64,000 nucleotides of DNA. It comes from Schizochytrium sp. TIO01 (lineage: Eukaryota; Protista; Bigyra: Labyrinthulomycetes). The stretch lies in NCBI GenBank assembly GCA_004764695.1, contig SMSO01000031.1, positions 4,006,436-4,070,435 on the forward strand. The letters run 5' to 3'. Shown in pieces: positions 61,220-64,000 of this stretch. Under the pieces are notes generated by a model, which ran no database searches, was not told the origin of the DNA, and saw only the letters and a program-made list of their open reading frames with translations. The translations under genes were made by a program, and so were the position numbers. Positions within the stretch are counted from its first letter, which is position 1. Every line of letters begins with the position of its first letter.

Positions 61220-63028
61220 CTATTGAGGAAGAAAACCGAGCCGCCGCAGGGCGTGCTCTTCTTCTACAGCAATCGACAAGTTATACGTAGGCTTCAACAA
61301 GCTAGATACTGCATCATTGGAATGATATTGTCCAGGTCCCGGTGCCGAGTTTTTGTTGCGCTTCCAAGAACCAGCACGCTTTGACATTTCCATCGCAGAA
61401 CTCTGTCGTTGCCAGATCGATGCCGGGGCATACGTAGAATGCGGATATTGAGTAGCCTCAGATGGCGATTGCATTGTATCTTTATAATAATATCCTGGTC
61501 CAGGAGCATCGAGATCCTTCGCATTATGAGACCGGAATCGATCCCCACTCGTCTCCATGAAGCCGCGTGCGTTTGCGTGTTTTTTCGTCACAATAGATGC
61601 AAAACCTTCCGCTGGCTCATATGTACCGGGATCTGGACCTGATGACTTCGCTGTGCCTTTCCAACGCTCTGTCTTTGATTTGAAGACTGATGCATAAGCT
61701 TGTCGTTCTGGGGGGTATGCTTTAGTAGCTGGCTCTCGAGCTTTCTTTCGTCGTTCAATAGTTTTCATACGAAGGTTGTATTCTGCATCTTGTGTTTTAG
61801 AAGCTTTAGATGGATGCGTGGATGCTCGAAAGCGCCGACTCGAACTTCCAAACGGAGCTTGTCTTTGTTTAGGTCTCATTGACATGTTTAACAATAATTC
61901 ATCAGCCATACCAGGAACGTGGTACTCTCCAATACCTGGTCCAGTCGATTCGATGCGTTTCGAGCTCATCCTCTTAGCACTTGAATTGAAACCAACATCT
62001 GGTTTCGCAACGCCCGATGGACGCCATGTGTCCAGGAAGCTGCTACGTGGAGCAATATAGTCAGGGCCGCCTCCAATATCCTCATGCCGATCCACTTTAC
62101 CTGTGAAGCGTGCCGCAGTGCTTCCAAAACCTTTGCTTGGCACGCTTGTGGACCCTTTGATCCAAGCCTTGCTAGCTAAATCTTGTAAAGGATATTGCCC
62201 AGGCCCAGGAACCTGAGCTGCAGCCTTTGGGGCCCCAATGTTTCTTTTCGTCCCTGATGCGAACGAAGCTTGCATTTGAGGTCGAATAAGATCTGCCAGA
62301 GTAGGGTTTAAAAGATGACCCGGCGTTGTATCATTCGCTGCATTTATGTAATATGATCCTGGGCCAGGAACTGCATTAGGTCGCTCACCTACTGACCTGG
62401 ATGCTTGCTTATCGAATGACACGGCCCCGGGTACTCGGCATCGCTCGCCTTGGGATCGAGTCGTTGCGCATTCAGTAGGCGGATTAGAACTTGCGCTTCT
62501 CCTTCGCGGTCGTAGCTTTCCATTATTATCAACAACATACCCTTGAGATGCGTCTCCGGAAGGAATAGATGGTACTGTTGGAATGTGCTGAAAAGCCTCA
62601 AGCACGACACCAGGAGGCTGATGCTGAGGAGCACTCTTTGATCGATTAGATTGTCTATTGTTCCAGTCTGACTTAACCTCGTATTGGCCTGGAGCCGGCA
62701 TATTTGCGCTTCGATTTAAACTGCGATCCTCAAATCTATCTGTTTGTGACTTGAAAACCCCTTCACATCCGGCATTTGATCGATCAGTACTCGTAGGGTT
62801 GTAATATTGACCCGGATCTGGCCGTTTGTCACGCTTTGCTGGACCGTCGCGATGGGATGTAGATAGAAATGGCGCTTGGCTTCTACTTTTAGAGTGTTCA
62901 TCGAGCATTGCCAAGCTTGATGAAACATCATAGTGACCAGGGCCGAGGTCAGTTGGAGCTCCCTTGTCCGGTACATAGCCAGCAATTCCGCGGCATGTTT
63001 CTCGATTTGTCCGAAATACAAATGCCAT
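61220..63028 (-). CDS. Sperm-tail PG-rich (SHIPPO-repeat, STPG2/ODF3-like) axonemal protein
   Basis: Many PGPGxY-type repeats (LGPGHY, PDPGQY, PAPGQY, PGPGSY, PGPGQY, PDPGTY, PGPGYY) each followed by F.S...R motifs. The track ORF starts at TTG 63109; the first ATG (MAFVFRTNRE) is 63028. Confidence 0.85.
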   Translation of the reverse strand: MAFVFRTNRETCRGIAGYVPDKGAPTDLGPGHYDVSSSLAMLDEHSKSRSQAPFLSTSHRDGPAKRDKRPDPGQYYNPTSTDRSNAGCEGVFKSQTDRFEDRSLNRSANMPAPGQYEVKSDWNNRQSNRSKSAPQHQPPGVVLEAFQHIPTVPSIPSGDASQGYVVDNNGKLRPRRRSASSNPPTECATTRSQGERCRVPGAVSFDKQASRSVGERPNAVPGPGSYYINAANDTTPGHLLNPTLADLIRPQMQASFASGTKRNIGAPKAAAQVPGPGQYPLQDLASKAWIKGSTSVPSKGFGSTAARFTGKVDRHEDIGGGPDYIAPRSSFLDTWRPSGVAKPDVGFNSSAKRMSSKRIESTGPGIGEYHVPGMADELLLNMSMRPKQRQAPFGSSSRRFRASTHPSKASKTQDAEYNLRMKTIERRKKAREPATKAYPPERQAYASVFKSKTERWKGTAKSSGPDPGTYEPAEGFASIVTKKHANARGFMETSGDRFRSHNAKDLDAPGPGYYYKDTMQSPSEATQYPHSTYAPASIWQRQSSAMEMSKRAGSWKRNKNSAPGPGQYHSNDAVSSLLKPTYNLSIAVEEEHALRRLGFLPQ

Positions 63029-64000
63029 ACTAACAGCCCACCCGGAATTAGCCTCGCCAGAGAGCTCGAGCTGGTATTCAATTCGTTTGAGATTTCGATG
63101 TTTGTACAAATGCCTAGCCTCGACTTGTTTGTAGCGCAGCTAAGCAAGAACCAAAAAAGCGAAGCGGTGAGTTCTAAAAGCTAGAGTATCTCTTCGCTTT
63201 GGAGACCCTCGCGAGACTGCGCGTGCCGGCGCCGGCTGCCCAGACAGCTCCGCTGTTGCGCACAGCCAACGATGTCAAGCAAGAATATATAGAGCAGGAG
63301 CAGGTTTTCGAGTCGCATAGATCTCCTCTGCAACTTAGTGCAGGGTTGCAGAAAACTACAGTAAACAATTAAAACCACGCATCATACACGTACAATGACC
63401 TTTGAAAAAGAACTCAAGAACTACACTAAGAAGCTAGCTCAATTGATACAGTGCACACCTGCTTCTGAGAACATCTCAGAACTCTTACAAAGTTGTTCTC
63501 ACTCAGTTGCTCAATCAGGTGTGTACTTCAGTGAAGCAGGGATTGGGAGGAACATCAATCAAGCTGATCGGGCAAGCCACTGAGATGTAACCATATAGTC
63601 AGCGGCCAAAACACACCCTGAGTACTTTTGGTAGGTCAAGTCAATCTTTGATGGCGGTGATTCTTAATCTCGGTACCGCAATTTCTTTGTAACGGATGTA
63701 TTTGAATCAACAAAAGAAATCGAACAATTTATTGCATTGAAAGCCAGGTATCAGACTATAGTAAGGTTGAACTAATAGCATTGTACTCGGGTTTTGGTAG
63801 TACCTAAAAACAATCAAGGATGGAGAGAGGAAAGAAAGGGATTTCAACGGCAACGACATGCCAGTGGAGATTGGCTATTTTAAAAGAAAAGTGCTTTCAT
63901 TTAGTTCTCTCTTTCTCCTTAAACTTTAACAACTCCCGATTGGGAAGTTTTCACGGCACCTTTCAGTGTCAGCTGAAACACAAAGTGAAAAGAACTGCAA

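Overview
Eukaryotic nuclear DNA. Mostly intron-less genes, flagellum-associated genes and microsatellite-rich spacers suggest a flagellated stramenopile protist such as a thraustochytrid; this is an inference, not a database result. Seven intact genes are recognisable: MGMT-type alkyltransferase (+, 25.5-26.0 kb), TAF12 (-, 27.2-28.5 kb), a WRKY19-type CCCH zinc-finger repeat protein (+, 51.3-53.1 kb), MON1 (+, 55.4-57.4 kb), a two-exon LC8-family dynein light chain (-, 58.0-58.5 kb), CSN1 (+, 59.3-60.8 kb) and a sperm-tail PG-rich repeat protein (-, 61.2-63.0 kb). The rest is two regions without recognisable intact genes. The first (1-25 kb) ends in a run of decayed reading frames, including a clear protein-kinase pseudogene. 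The second (28.5-51.2 kb) holds five GC-rich islands whose (GGAT)n/(ATCC)n polarity flips near the middle. Candidates worth testing: a SINE-like insert with a 12-bp flanking duplication, A-box and minisatellite tail (49.4-49.8 kb); a second minisatellite flanked by a duplication (17.5-17.8 kb); a ~265-nt multi-stem RNA-like element at 41.7-42.0 kb; and an intron split 63+63 nt by an internal CAG|GT. No CRISPR array, rRNA, convincing tRNA or intact transposase/RT was seen.
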